NCBI GenBank assembly: GCA_016935735.1
Contig: JAFGQK010000090.1
Span: 1,250-65,249 of the forward strand
Reading direction: 5' to 3'
DNA length: 64,000 nt
Origin: Spirochaetales bacterium
GTDB taxonomy: Bacteria; Spirochaetota; Spirochaetia; SZUA-6; JAFGRV01
Part shown: positions 50,042 to 59,549 of the stretch, piece by piece
Numbering within the stretch: the stretch's first letter is position 1
How the letters are laid out: each line of letters starts with the position of its first letter
The notes under the pieces: generated by a model
The model's input: the letters and a program-made list of their open reading frames with translations, nothing else
What the model was told of the DNA's origin: nothing
Databases searched by the model: none
Program-made: the position numbers and the translations under genes

Positions 50042-50905
50042 TTATTTTTCTGCCTTTATTATGGCATAAGCATTGCTTTTTACCAGATGCCTTTTTATTA
50101 ATGTATTTACATCCTTATGATTTTCAATAAAAGCTGCATGCCCATTTCCAGGTAATATGACGCACTCACAATTTTTCACCTGTTCAGCAATTTCGTTTTG
50201 ATGAATAGCAGGAAAAATATAATCATTATCACTGCCAATTACCAATACCGGGAAGGTAATTTTATTAAGAATTGAAGTGATATCCGGTGCATTTATTATT
50301 GTTTGTATAAGATATTTTAATGAAACAAGATCCCGGTTATATGCGGCATATTTCAGGTATATATCCGGCCACATGGTTGATATTTTCTCGGCATATAACC
50401 TGGAAAAATGCCAGGGATATACAAGTAAAAGCAAATCACTCAATTCCGCTCCTTCGTCTATAAGCTGTATTAATCCCTTTAGAATAATCTTAAGCCTGTT
50501 ATTTAAATAAGCACCGGTATTCAATAATACCATATTCTCTATATACTGGGGATATTGAGAGGAAAACCATAAAGCCAACATACCGCCTGATGAGTGTCCT
50601 ATTAATGTTACATGTTCAATGTTTTCCTGTTTTATAATCAATAGTATATCGTTCACAATATCGAAAAAATCGAATTGTTTTCCGGATTTATTAATGGAAT
50701 CACCGCATCCCCTGTAATCAATAAATACCATTTTATAATTTTCATGAAAATATAATTCGGATTGCTGTTTTGTCCAGGCAGAATGATCGTGATACAAACC
50801 ATTAAGAAACAATAAACAATGATCCGATATCTGATTGCCACTCAAAAAATAGCGTATTTTATGTTCATCATCTTCATAATACTTTATTAAAACTTTCTTC
50901 TTCAT
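50042..50905 (-). CDS. Alpha/beta hydrolase (Ser-Asp-His)
   Basis: HCLLFLNGLYHDHSAW, nucleophile elbow LIGHSSGGMLAL, GSDNDYIFP, PGNGHAAFIE. Confidence 0.8.
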   Translation of the reverse strand: MKKKVLIKYYEDDEHKIRYFLSGNQISDHCLLFLNGLYHDHSAWTKQQSELYFHENYKMVFIDYRGCGDSINKSGKQFDFFDIVNDILLIIKQENIEHVTLIGHSSGGMLALWFSSQYPQYIENMVLLNTGAYLNNRLKIILKGLIQLIDEGAELSDLLLLVYPWHFSRLYAEKISTMWPDIYLKYAAYNRDLVSLKYLIQTIINAPDITSILNKITFPVLVIGSDNDYIFPAIHQNEIAEQVKNCECVILPGNGHAAFIENHKDVNTLIKRHLVKSNAYAIIKAEK

Positions 50906-50906
50906 A

Positions 50907-51746
50907 TCAAACTCCGTATAATTTCAGATGTTGTTCGATTGATTTATTGATTATGTCCGATCTTTCAATATGCATGGCATGCCCCGTTTCCTTAACTGCC
51001 AGATGAATACAGTTCGGCATTTTTGAAACGATCTCATTCTGGTATTGAATGGGAAACAAAACATCATTAAGGCTTCCCAGTATGAGTGTTGGTGTTGAAA
51101 TATCTTTTATTATGCTTTTAAGATCAGGACGATTGTCCGTTGCATTAAGCAACAATTTAAAGGATTTAATATCCTTATTATATTCACTGTAACCTTTTAC
51201 TATATCGGTTTCTATCCCATTCATTTTTTCCAAATACACATCAGAATAGATCCAGGGATATAATAAAGGTAATATGTATTCGAGCCGGATTCCCTTACTC
51301 AATAAATTAAAAATCCCCTGACCAGGTTGTCTTACATGCCAGTCCACCTTTAATGTAGTACCAATAAGATTTAACGATGCGATATAATCATTGTATCTAT
51401 AGGCAAACCATAGTGCTATTACACCCCCGACACAATACGCAATAATGGAAATCTTCCTTACCTTCTCGAGCTTCAGAATCGATACTATATCACAGCATAT
51501 GTCATCGAACCGGTATCTGTTGTATGATTTTTCAATAGAATTTCCCAATCCCCGGTAATCAAAAAATATCTGTTTATAATTCCTGTAAAAATATGGGTAT
51601 CGCCCCTGTTTGCGCCAGCTCCCATATGAATTATAAACACCATTTAAGAATAGCAAGCCTTTATCCGAATCCGGGCAACCGCCGATCGAATACGATAATT
51701 TTCTTTCATTATTTACCAGATATTTTTGTATAATTCTGCCTTTCAT
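50907..51746 (-). CDS. Alpha/beta hydrolase paralogue with Cys at the nucleophile elbow
   Basis: Collinear with the neighbour (GLLFLNGVYNSYGSW, GSLNDVLFP, KETGHAMHIE), but the elbow is IIAYCVGGVIAL. The Cys codon tgt is at 51434-51432 on the minus strand. Confidence 0.75.
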   Translation of the reverse strand: MKGRIIQKYLVNNERKLSYSIGGCPDSDKGLLFLNGVYNSYGSWRKQGRYPYFYRNYKQIFFDYRGLGNSIEKSYNRYRFDDICCDIVSILKLEKVRKISIIAYCVGGVIALWFAYRYNDYIASLNLIGTTLKVDWHVRQPGQGIFNLLSKGIRLEYILPLLYPWIYSDVYLEKMNGIETDIVKGYSEYNKDIKSFKLLLNATDNRPDLKSIIKDISTPTLILGSLNDVLFPIQYQNEIVSKMPNCIHLAVKETGHAMHIERSDIINKSIEQHLKLYGV

Positions 51747-51752
51747 ATCATC

Positions 51753-52787
51753 CTACCAATCAATAAATTCTGTTGTCATACGTTTTTTCATTATTGCTTC
51801 GAAATCCTGCACCACTGTTTTATAATCGAGGTTTGGTTTTTTCCTCACAGTAAATTCATTGGCATATACAATTATCCTGTTTTTTTCATCCAATCCCCAG
51901 AAATCAGCACTCAGATCCTCTCCTTTGCTTTCCCTGTATTTAATGATGACTTTGCAATTTTTCTCTGGTGGCTGCATATTACACACAAAAAGTTTTTTGC
52001 AGTCAAATGGCAGACGGGCAACACCATCTTTTAACCAACCAAAAAAGGCCAGGTATTGTATACAGGCATCATACCCCATTGGTGAAATGATGAATGATGA
52101 TTCCATATTCCTTATATAACCTTTTTCCAGGTTACGGCAATTATATTCACCGATCATGGTTGATTTTTTTTCATCAAGTGCACAACGGCCTGTTTTACTG
52201 TGAAACAATGTCTTAAGATTAGGCAGGAAATGCTCACTATAAATGTCCTTATTGGGTACGAAGTGATAATAATTAAAATTTAAATTTTCAATACCCGGGT
52301 ATTTTATTTCTGGGAATTGATTTGAAAAAGCAATACAGCATGATGCATTCAGACATCGGCCAAGAATCATGCCGGAATTATTTGTCCTTTTTGTGATCAT
52401 TTCCAGTTCGATTTTATAAGAGTTATTTCCAGGATGTACTTTGCATAAAACAATCTCGATTTCCAGTATTAAATGGAAAGCAATTTTAAGTGGTCTTTTC
52501 ATAGAAAGGTTTTCTAATCCAATTAAAGCAAAATCATTTTTTAAATAATGTTTTCTGATCCAGAAAGCAACTTCAAGGAATATTTCCATAATCATAGAAG
52601 CTGGAACTGTTGGCATATCACCTATAATATGATCATTCACATAAAGATGCTGTCTTGCATCAATAACAATATTGAATGCAATACTTTTTTTATTATTACT
52701 CCTTGTAGTGCAATCTTTTAAATGAGGATACATATCAAATCCCGGGAATGGAGAAGATTCAGGATGATTTAAATGATTTCTATACAT
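51753..52787 (-). CDS. Hotdog-fold dehydratase-like protein (~340 aa, probable double hotdog)
   Basis: NDHIIGDMPTVPASMIMEIFLEVA resembles the FabZ/PKS-DH His-loop (H...G....P then E/helix). ATG preceded by gagaggtg. Paralogous in size and layout to the next gene. Confidence 0.55.
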   Translation of the reverse strand: MYRNHLNHPESSPFPGFDMYPHLKDCTTRSNNKKSIAFNIVIDARQHLYVNDHIIGDMPTVPASMIMEIFLEVAFWIRKHYLKNDFALIGLENLSMKRPLKIAFHLILEIEIVLCKVHPGNNSYKIELEMITKRTNNSGMILGRCLNASCCIAFSNQFPEIKYPGIENLNFNYYHFVPNKDIYSEHFLPNLKTLFHSKTGRCALDEKKSTMIGEYNCRNLEKGYIRNMESSFIISPMGYDACIQYLAFFGWLKDGVARLPFDCKKLFVCNMQPPEKNCKVIIKYRESKGEDLSADFWGLDEKNRIIVYANEFTVRKKPNLDYKTVVQDFEAIMKKRMTTEFIDW

Positions 52788-53764
52788 TTTTCACCTCTCA
52801 AATTCTTATTTTTAAAATAGCAGTCTATTTCCTTGCGTTGAAATGCCAGATACATACCTTTCTGAAGTGTTATATTTTCAATAAATCCAACAATGCAGCC
52901 GGAATCATCTTTTATATAAACAGAAATTTCCGCCTCGTTTTCAGAATCACGAATTAATCTGGTGTGGCATTCATATTTTCTCCCTGAATCAAAAGGAAAT
53001 TTAAAGCAACCATTCTTAATTCTCACCGGTAATTTTTTATAAATAGTTTCATTATCACCGGATGCTGAAATCACACTTAAAAGTGTAGAGGACTGTAAAA
53101 TACTGTCAAAACCTCTTGGCGACAGGATGAATTGCAGTCCCGGTCTTACAGAAAAATAATTATCTTCCTTGCCAATATGAAATTCTGAAACAAGTGAATT
53201 TTTATTACAATTGATTTCAAATTTACCTGTTAGAGTACGGAACAGAGGGCCATGTGTCCTGGAAAAATATTCATAATACCTGTATTTATTAATTTTAATT
53301 CCATAACCAGAATCTATCTTTGAAAATATTCCGATTTTATTATCCATATGTTTTCCCAAACATATGTCAGCCTCTGCAAAAATAGTATTTTTTCTTACAA
53401 CCTTGCCCGTAAGATCAGCTTTATTCCCCCTGATCCTGACCAGGAATCGTGAAAATTCATCTGTTTTTTCAACTAATAAGGTGTTAATTGATATACTGGT
53501 TTTTCCATCTGTATCGACATTAATTGGCCTGGATATGGTAAAAGAATTAATCAGAACCGGCCATATCATTTTTTTATTCAATAATGCACATGCTTCTATC
53601 ATAAGCTCGAGTGAAATTACTGCCGGGATTAAACATTTCCCGCCAAAAAAATGATCTTTCATAAAGGTCATCTCTTTTGATGAGAAGTCAAGGCAAAAGG
53701 TAAATTCTTTATCATTGGCAACTGTAATTCTATTTTGCCAATATTTTAAAAAATATGTTTCCAC
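52769..53764 (-). CDS. Hotdog-fold dehydratase-like protein (~330 aa, probable double hotdog)
   Basis: MKDHFFGGKCLIPAVISLELMIEA fits HxxxGxxxxP followed by the central-helix Glu. 19-nt overlap with the downstream paralogue. Confidence 0.6.
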   Translation of the reverse strand: METYFLKYWQNRITVANDKEFTFCLDFSSKEMTFMKDHFFGGKCLIPAVISLELMIEACALLNKKMIWPVLINSFTISRPINVDTDGKTSISINTLLVEKTDEFSRFLVRIRGNKADLTGKVVRKNTIFAEADICLGKHMDNKIGIFSKIDSGYGIKINKYRYYEYFSRTHGPLFRTLTGKFEINCNKNSLVSEFHIGKEDNYFSVRPGLQFILSPRGFDSILQSSTLLSVISASGDNETIYKKLPVRIKNGCFKFPFDSGRKYECHTRLIRDSENEAEISVYIKDDSGCIVGFIENITLQKGMYLAFQRKEIDCYFKNKNLRGEKCIEII

Positions 53765-53787
53765 TATTGTAACTCTCCTGATCTGTA

Positions 53788-55086
53788 TTAGCCATTGAAT
53801 TTTGAGTAGATAATAGAAGTATTTTGACCGCCAAATCCAAAACTATTCGAAAGGACATTGTATAATTTTTTTTCCTCAACCCTATTATCAGGAATATAAT
53901 AGAGATCCAATTCAGGATCCCTGTTTTCCCAGTTCCGGTTGGGATGCATTATATTATTGTTTATGCTTTTTACACATACAATGCCTTCTATGGCTGCTGC
54001 TGCCATGATCGAATGACCAATCATCGATTTTGTGGAGGAAATCGGAATGTTATATGCATAATCCTTAAATACATTTTTAATTGCCCTTGTTTCTGTTAAA
54101 TCATTCATCTTTGTCGATGTACCATGTGCATTAATGTAGTCGATCTCTCCTGTATTGAGTTGTGCCATTTCCAGAGCCTGCCTGACGGCCTTACAGCATC
54201 CCTTTGCATCCGGATCCGGGTCTGTTGACCGGAAAGCATCACTGCTGTATCCATATCCCTTGATTTCTGCAAGGATACAGGCACCGCGTTTTTTTGCAAA
54301 CTCAAGCTCTTCTATAATCAGAATACCGCAGCCGCTTCCCATAACAAAGCCACTCCGTTTTTCATCAAACGGACAACATGCTGATTCAGGGTTGGTACTG
54401 GTTGTCAGGGCAGCAATACGGGTGAACCCGATTAATGAATTCAGACTGTAATTATATGCCCCCCCGGTAATCGCTGCATCAATATACCCCTGCTTGATTT
54501 TCATAAAGGCTTCTCCTATAGCTGTATTACCTGATGCACAGGCTGTGGCAGAGCTGATTTGTGGACCCGTTATGCTGTAATTCCTGGAAACCAGGTGGTT
54601 AATACTGTCTGGATCATTAAAGAATGATCTTTTTCCAACCTGTATTTTTTTTAATAACGTATAAAATTTATTTTGATTAATGGTATTGTTTTCATCAACA
54701 CACCGGTCCAGTAAGCGGGCATATTGATCAATATATTCTACAAGGGGCATGGGCCGGTCGGCAATAAATGCCCCGGTCCTGTCTTTCTGATCCAGTTTCA
54801 AAAGATCAAGCCCGGCATTATTCAATGCGTCATACACTGCCAGGAAAAAACTCTTAACACTTTCATCTTCCGGAATTCTTTTAAAAAGAACAGATCCTTT
54901 TTCCCGGTAGATATTGTCATTAATAATTGGCATGCTTCCTGCAATGGAAGCAATACCCCCCTGCACTTTATAATCTGTTATCCTGGAAATACCGTTTTTA
55001 TTTGCCAATAAAGAATCCCACAAAACATCAACACCAAAACCAAATGGTGTAACAACACCTAAACCTGTTACCACTACTCGTTTCAT
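53788..55086 (-). CDS. Beta-ketoacyl synthase (KS-alpha-like), catalytically complete
   Basis: VVVTGLGVVTPFG, SSATACASGNTAIGEA, INAHGTSTKMND, KSMIGHSIMAAAAIEG. Its ATG overlaps the stop of the upstream KS-like gene (ATGA at 55083-55086). Confidence 0.85.
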   Translation of the reverse strand: MKRVVVTGLGVVTPFGFGVDVLWDSLLANKNGISRITDYKVQGGIASIAGSMPIINDNIYREKGSVLFKRIPEDESVKSFFLAVYDALNNAGLDLLKLDQKDRTGAFIADRPMPLVEYIDQYARLLDRCVDENNTINQNKFYTLLKKIQVGKRSFFNDPDSINHLVSRNYSITGPQISSATACASGNTAIGEAFMKIKQGYIDAAITGGAYNYSLNSLIGFTRIAALTTSTNPESACCPFDEKRSGFVMGSGCGILIIEELEFAKKRGACILAEIKGYGYSSDAFRSTDPDPDAKGCCKAVRQALEMAQLNTGEIDYINAHGTSTKMNDLTETRAIKNVFKDYAYNIPISSTKSMIGHSIMAAAAIEGIVCVKSINNNIMHPNRNWENRDPELDLYYIPDNRVEEKKLYNVLSNSFGFGGQNTSIIYSKFNG

Positions 55087-56351
55087 TTATCTGTTCCTCC
55101 CTCTTTCATCACAATACTGCATGCGCCACCAAGGTGGTCAAATGAATTAACAAGACAAACCCGGTTATGGTTGGAAATAGCCTTTTCTTTTACATAATTT
55201 AACTCCTTTTCAAAGAACAGATCCCCTGTCCTGATCAGCGGAGCGATGAAATTATAGTTCAATTGCAATAATGCATAACATACTGCAATAGCCGGCATCC
55301 CTGCCAATGTATTCCCTGTTGCGGGCTGGCAGCCTGTAATGTATGCTTTGCTTCCGTATACGGCTTTGATTGCCGCTGCTTCTGCATAATCCATCTTTTG
55401 GTATCCCCATCCATTTGCCTGTACAAAATCCACATTTTCTGCTTTAATTTTTGCATCATCAAGGGCATCCCGCATACACTTTTCATAGTGAGGAGTGATC
55501 CTGCTCCAGGATTCTTCCTTGAAGGAAGGGATATACCTGTTGCTATAGCCGATAATTTCTCCGTAGCATTGAGCGTTAGGTCTGATTGTCGCCTGCTCAT
55601 TTTCCAGTACTAACACAGCGCCTCCTTCACTTAACAGACATCCATTGCCTGTTACACTAAAGGCAGCAGAACCGGTATAGTTACCTGACAACCAGCCATA
55701 ATTTTCATTCCTTATATAAAAATCAGGATAAATCTCACCTTCTGCCCCACCGCAAAACACCCTTTCTGAACGGCCATGCTTAATCTGTAAATAACCTTCC
55801 CCTATTGCCAGTGCAGCGCTTACCATTCCATTCACAATTGTATTATTAAAACCCTTAATAGTGTGCTGGATGGATATTTGCCCACTGGTTGTATTTGGCA
55901 GCCGTGCCAGGATCCATAACGGGGGAAGATTCCTGTATCCATAATCGCCGAGTTTGGTATAATCAATCGTACCATTGCTTCTTAAACATGGAATAACAGC
56001 TTCACATAACGGCAATATACTATCCATCACCCCTCCGGCAAAGAGCATAGCATCATCTTCGCTTTGATTGATTATATCCCTGGTAAGACCTGCATCTTTA
56101 ATCGCCAATACAGCTGCAGAGCATCCAAGGATGTTCTGCCGATTCATTATTTTAAGTGCTTTTTTATCAGTTATATAATCCAATGCTTTAAAACCGGGTA
56201 CTGTTCCACTTACTTTCGGGAAATCAGTCCCCGGCCTGCTTTCAAATCGGATACCGCATAATCCTTCTTTTAAAGCTGTTATATGTTTTTCCAGTTCAAT
56301 TCCTAATGGCGACAACACCCCCATCCCTGTAACAATTACCTTATTTTCCAT
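55083..56351 (-). CDS. KS-like protein lacking the catalytic triad (chain-length-factor / KS-beta-like)
   Basis: Thiolase-fold N-terminus VIVTGMGVLSPLG. The active-site region reads NTIVNGMVSAALAIGEG (no Cys), the His motifs are replaced (VQANGWGYQKMD, GNTLAGMPA), and the gene is translationally coupled to the complete KS. Confidence 0.7.
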   Translation of the reverse strand: MENKVIVTGMGVLSPLGIELEKHITALKEGLCGIRFESRPGTDFPKVSGTVPGFKALDYITDKKALKIMNRQNILGCSAAVLAIKDAGLTRDIINQSEDDAMLFAGGVMDSILPLCEAVIPCLRSNGTIDYTKLGDYGYRNLPPLWILARLPNTTSGQISIQHTIKGFNNTIVNGMVSAALAIGEGYLQIKHGRSERVFCGGAEGEIYPDFYIRNENYGWLSGNYTGSAAFSVTGNGCLLSEGGAVLVLENEQATIRPNAQCYGEIIGYSNRYIPSFKEESWSRITPHYEKCMRDALDDAKIKAENVDFVQANGWGYQKMDYAEAAAIKAVYGSKAYITGCQPATGNTLAGMPAIAVCYALLQLNYNFIAPLIRTGDLFFEKELNYVKEKAISNHNRVCLVNSFDHLGGACSIVMKEGGTDK

Positions 56352-57498
56352 TTTCCATTTTTCCTTTATTTTGATATATGTTTATAAATTCATCCATATA
56401 TAAGGCACAGCTCCTTGTTTCTGCACCAACTGCCCGTCGTTCGAATTGAAATATTTGGCCAAATCGACCACATTTACATTTCCCTTCAAAAACAATTCTT
56501 CCAATATCACCACTAAGTATAAAACCGGGTGATGAATTATTTAACGGGTCAAATATAGCTAAAATTCCTGATTTTCCGGATAATTCTTCTTTTTCTAGAG
56601 GATTTTCGATATTCCTTATAGAAAAATAACCCCAGGGAGGGACGTGCTTCTGCTGATATTCACATTCCATTGTAAATAAATTGGATTCCGCCATTGCAAA
56701 AATATCACGAATATTAAAATTGGAAATGTTAAATATATCAGCTAATAAACCATTAAGCTCATCTCTTGTGCATAAAGGAGAATCTCCCTTTCGTTTCCAA
56801 CCGCCTATAGTAATAACCATGCTACCAGGGTCCAGGTCGAATCTTTTTCCAGGATATCTGCTTTTAATAAATTGTATAAAATCATAAATTAAAAAAGGCG
56901 CTCCAATTAGGTGACAAATTGATTTTCCTTTTTGATCCAATATTTCTTTCAGTATACGATCAAAATCGGGAGGATCCCCTGGTAGATCGATAACATAATC
57001 AAACCCACTGAAACCAACTTGCATAAAAGTAATTAATTTCATTAACCCCAATTTTGCAATATATTTAGGCGGTATTGTGAAAAACATTCCATAATCACCA
57101 ATTATCGGAAAAAATTCCCTATAAAGGGAAAGAATTGAAACAGCAATCCTGTCCAGTGTTACAATATCTTTATAGCTTATGCTGGGAATCCCGCTGGTAC
57201 CCGAACTTTCCACTTGTTGCCGGATATTTTCCATGGGAACAGTTAATAATAGCTTTCTCTCTGCTTCTATCTTAAAAGCATCAATTGGGATTAATGGAAT
57301 TTTAATTAAATCGCCATAGTTTGTAATATCACCAGGAATAATATTATATTTATTACATATTTCACGATAATTTTTGTTTGCATTATAATGATATTCAAAG
57401 GATGCTTTTATCAGTTTAAGCCGCTTATTAATTATATCATATGAGTTTTCATAAAATATTTTTCGTTCAAATATCATATTTATTAATTGATTCAGCAT
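56341..57498 (-). CDS. LuxE-type acyl-protein synthetase / PaaK-like adenylate-forming enzyme
   Basis: The N-terminal layout is typical of LuxE-family proteins (...FEYHYNANKNYREICNKYNI...IKIPLIPIDAFK...) and the phosphate-binding loop is ESSGTSGIPS. Confidence 0.65.
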   Translation of the reverse strand: MLNQLINMIFERKIFYENSYDIINKRLKLIKASFEYHYNANKNYREICNKYNIIPGDITNYGDLIKIPLIPIDAFKIEAERKLLLTVPMENIRQQVESSGTSGIPSISYKDIVTLDRIAVSILSLYREFFPIIGDYGMFFTIPPKYIAKLGLMKLITFMQVGFSGFDYVIDLPGDPPDFDRILKEILDQKGKSICHLIGAPFLIYDFIQFIKSRYPGKRFDLDPGSMVITIGGWKRKGDSPLCTRDELNGLLADIFNISNFNIRDIFAMAESNLFTMECEYQQKHVPPWGYFSIRNIENPLEKEELSGKSGILAIFDPLNNSSPGFILSGDIGRIVFEGKCKCGRFGQIFQFERRAVGAETRSCALYMDEFINIYQNKGKMENGK

Positions 57499-57611
57499 CT
57501 GTGTTCTCCTTTGCCCTATTATTCTGCCTGGTATCCTACAAAATTCATTTATTAAAATTACATATGGATTAATTCCTTTTAGTGTGTGTAATTATATCCA
57601 ATAAGGATTCG

Positions 57612-59093
57612 TTAATTGTATTTTACGGGACACCCGGTAATTGCGTTTAAGTTCTTTCCTTTCCCAACCAGTCCGGATTGTATGATTTGTTTGTATCTTG
57701 CCTTTCTTTTTTGATTTACCTTTTTTACACGTCTCTTAATTATAATGTTACGAATCTTATTGTTCGTAAAAAGAAAAAAGAAAAAAGTGGTCTTGATCAA
57801 ATTAGGAAAGATAAAAAGCTTATTTTGTATATAATATAAAAAATCTTCGCGTAACATCATGCCAAGGGATGCAATACGGTTTCTCAACATAGCATCAAGC
57901 GCCAGATGAGAATAGCACGGCAGTATTTCCCACTTCTCTGCCATGGCAGAATCTAATTCATTAACATACTGATGAATCGTCTCTGCAATGTTTGTCATAT
58001 TATTTTCATCCAGGCCCAGGTGCGCTATTGTTTTTACTCCAATTCTGGAAAAAAAATCATTAACATAACATGCAACATCATTTCCTATGATACCGCCTCC
58101 GGTTATGACAACAAATCCATACTTGGGATTTAAAAAAGGACGATGAAACAAACCATAAGCTCTTTCCATTAATGTTTTTAAATATACATCGACAAAACCG
58201 GAGGAGCTGTGTCCGATGCAAATGATTCCATCAGATGCTTCCATTTTCCGTATTATCTCATTAAACCTGTCTTTTTTCTGGAACCGGCATCCGTGACCAA
58301 TAATGGAATTGCATACAAGACAACCGGTACAAGTGCTAATTTTGTATTCTTCTATTTCAATCAGTTCTACTTTGTTTATTGAATAATTTCTTACAATCTC
58401 CACTATAGATAACGCTTCTGCATCTTTAGTGATTTTATTCCCGGTTATCACCAGTATGGATTTATTATTTCTCTTTTCCACTTTAGCTTTATTTAATTTA
58501 AAATAATTTCCGAAATGAACGGGAGAAATATAACGACGGTATGTGTCCGGGTATTTGGGGGTTGGTAAAAAATTTATTTCTATTGCATGATTTATTTTTT
58601 TAGCCAGTACTTGACAAGCTGTTTCAGTATTTTTTTCATTCAAATAACCCAATTGGGGGTTAGCTTCGGCTGAGATTTCTCCAACATAACTGAATCCCAG
58701 ATTTTCACTAACCAACCTGATTTTATCAAGTGCATAATTATCAAAGATATTAATTGATGTTACTATAGAAGCTGCGCTTTTATTCTTAAAATAATATTGC
58801 TGGGCTATTAATTTATCCAATAAATACTGTAACTTGACAGGAACATATCCCAGGTATACACCAAAAGTCCATACAATGACATCAGTAGTTTTTATTTTCT
58901 CCAAAATACTTTGGAATGCCGGTTCCGCCTCATCAGCTTGTGGGGTAAGATGCACTGTATTATTATTAGAACTGTCATTAACATTAATAAATTCATAATC
59001 ATAATTAAGAAACAGTGATAGGTACATTGCAACACCCAGACTACTGCTCCTGTTGCCCCTTGGACTTCCATTTATAAAAAGTATTTTTTTCAA
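57612..59093 (-). CDS. Tandem flavodoxin-like (NADPH-dependent FMN reductase / iron-sulfur flavoprotein-like) protein with basic hydrophobic C-terminus
   Basis: Domain 1 begins MKKILFINGSPRGNRSSS (FMN_red-like). Domain 2 begins SILVITGN and has CTGCLVCNSIIGHGC (Isf-like Cys cluster) and GFVVITGGG. The C-terminus is FFFFLFTNNKIRNIIIKRRVKKVNQKRKARYK. Confidence 0.55.
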   Translation of the reverse strand: MKKILFINGSPRGNRSSSLGVAMYLSLFLNYDYEFINVNDSSNNNTVHLTPQADEAEPAFQSILEKIKTTDVIVWTFGVYLGYVPVKLQYLLDKLIAQQYYFKNKSAASIVTSINIFDNYALDKIRLVSENLGFSYVGEISAEANPQLGYLNEKNTETACQVLAKKINHAIEINFLPTPKYPDTYRRYISPVHFGNYFKLNKAKVEKRNNKSILVITGNKITKDAEALSIVEIVRNYSINKVELIEIEEYKISTCTGCLVCNSIIGHGCRFQKKDRFNEIIRKMEASDGIICIGHSSSGFVDVYLKTLMERAYGLFHRPFLNPKYGFVVITGGGIIGNDVACYVNDFFSRIGVKTIAHLGLDENNMTNIAETIHQYVNELDSAMAEKWEILPCYSHLALDAMLRNRIASLGMMLREDFLYYIQNKLFIFPNLIKTTFFFFLFTNNKIRNIIIKRRVKKVNQKRKARYKQIIQSGLVGKGKNLNAITGCPVKYN

Positions 59094-59108
59094 TTCAAAC
59101 TCCTTTTA

Positions 59109-59549
59109 TTAGCTGATTATATTTGCATTAATTAATTTCTTAGCTTTTTTTTCATTCAATTTATAGGTTGTAAATTCCACAATATTTTTTACTTTTAATG
59201 GAATCCGTGCAGTATTTTCCACATTCTGCCTGATCTCATTTATCATCTTTTCTTTCATATGCGGGTATTCATTTCCAAGCTGCTCCAGGAATGTATCTTT
59301 GAATTCATTTTTTATTCTGCCGGCTTCATCTATATATTTGCTTGCCGGAAAATAGGGCGGGAAAATGTCCTTGGGGTTTACTTTACCAATTTGAAAATCC
59401 TTTTCCAACCTGAAACAAATATCAATAAAGTCAATGGATTCTGCTGCAAGATCATTAACAATATCCGATTCAGGTGTGATTTCGATTTCTTCATTATCCA
59501 GTCCAAGTACATCGGCTAATAATGTTTTTACCTTTTCTTCAATAACCAT
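59109..59549 (-). CDS. Acyl carrier protein domain with ~70-aa C-terminal extension
   Basis: Start set at the ATG at 59549 (GGAGG 5 nt upstream). LLADVLGLDNEEIEITPESDIVNDLAAESIDFIDICFRLEKDF matches the ACP helix I-II layout, with the Ser of (D/E)S(L/I)D as the phosphopantetheine site. First gene of the cluster. Confidence 0.7.
   Translation of the reverse strand: MVIEEKVKTLLADVLGLDNEEIEITPESDIVNDLAAESIDFIDICFRLEKDFQIGKVNPKDIFPPYFPASKYIDEAGRIKNEFKDTFLEQLGNEYPHMKEKMINEIRQNVENTARIPLKVKNIVEFTTYKLNEKKAKKLINANIIS

Noticed and set aside
54105-55600. 66-113-aa alternative-frame ORFs inside the KS and CLF genes
   Set aside because: They are embedded in genes with clear thiolase-fold motifs and have no independent signals.
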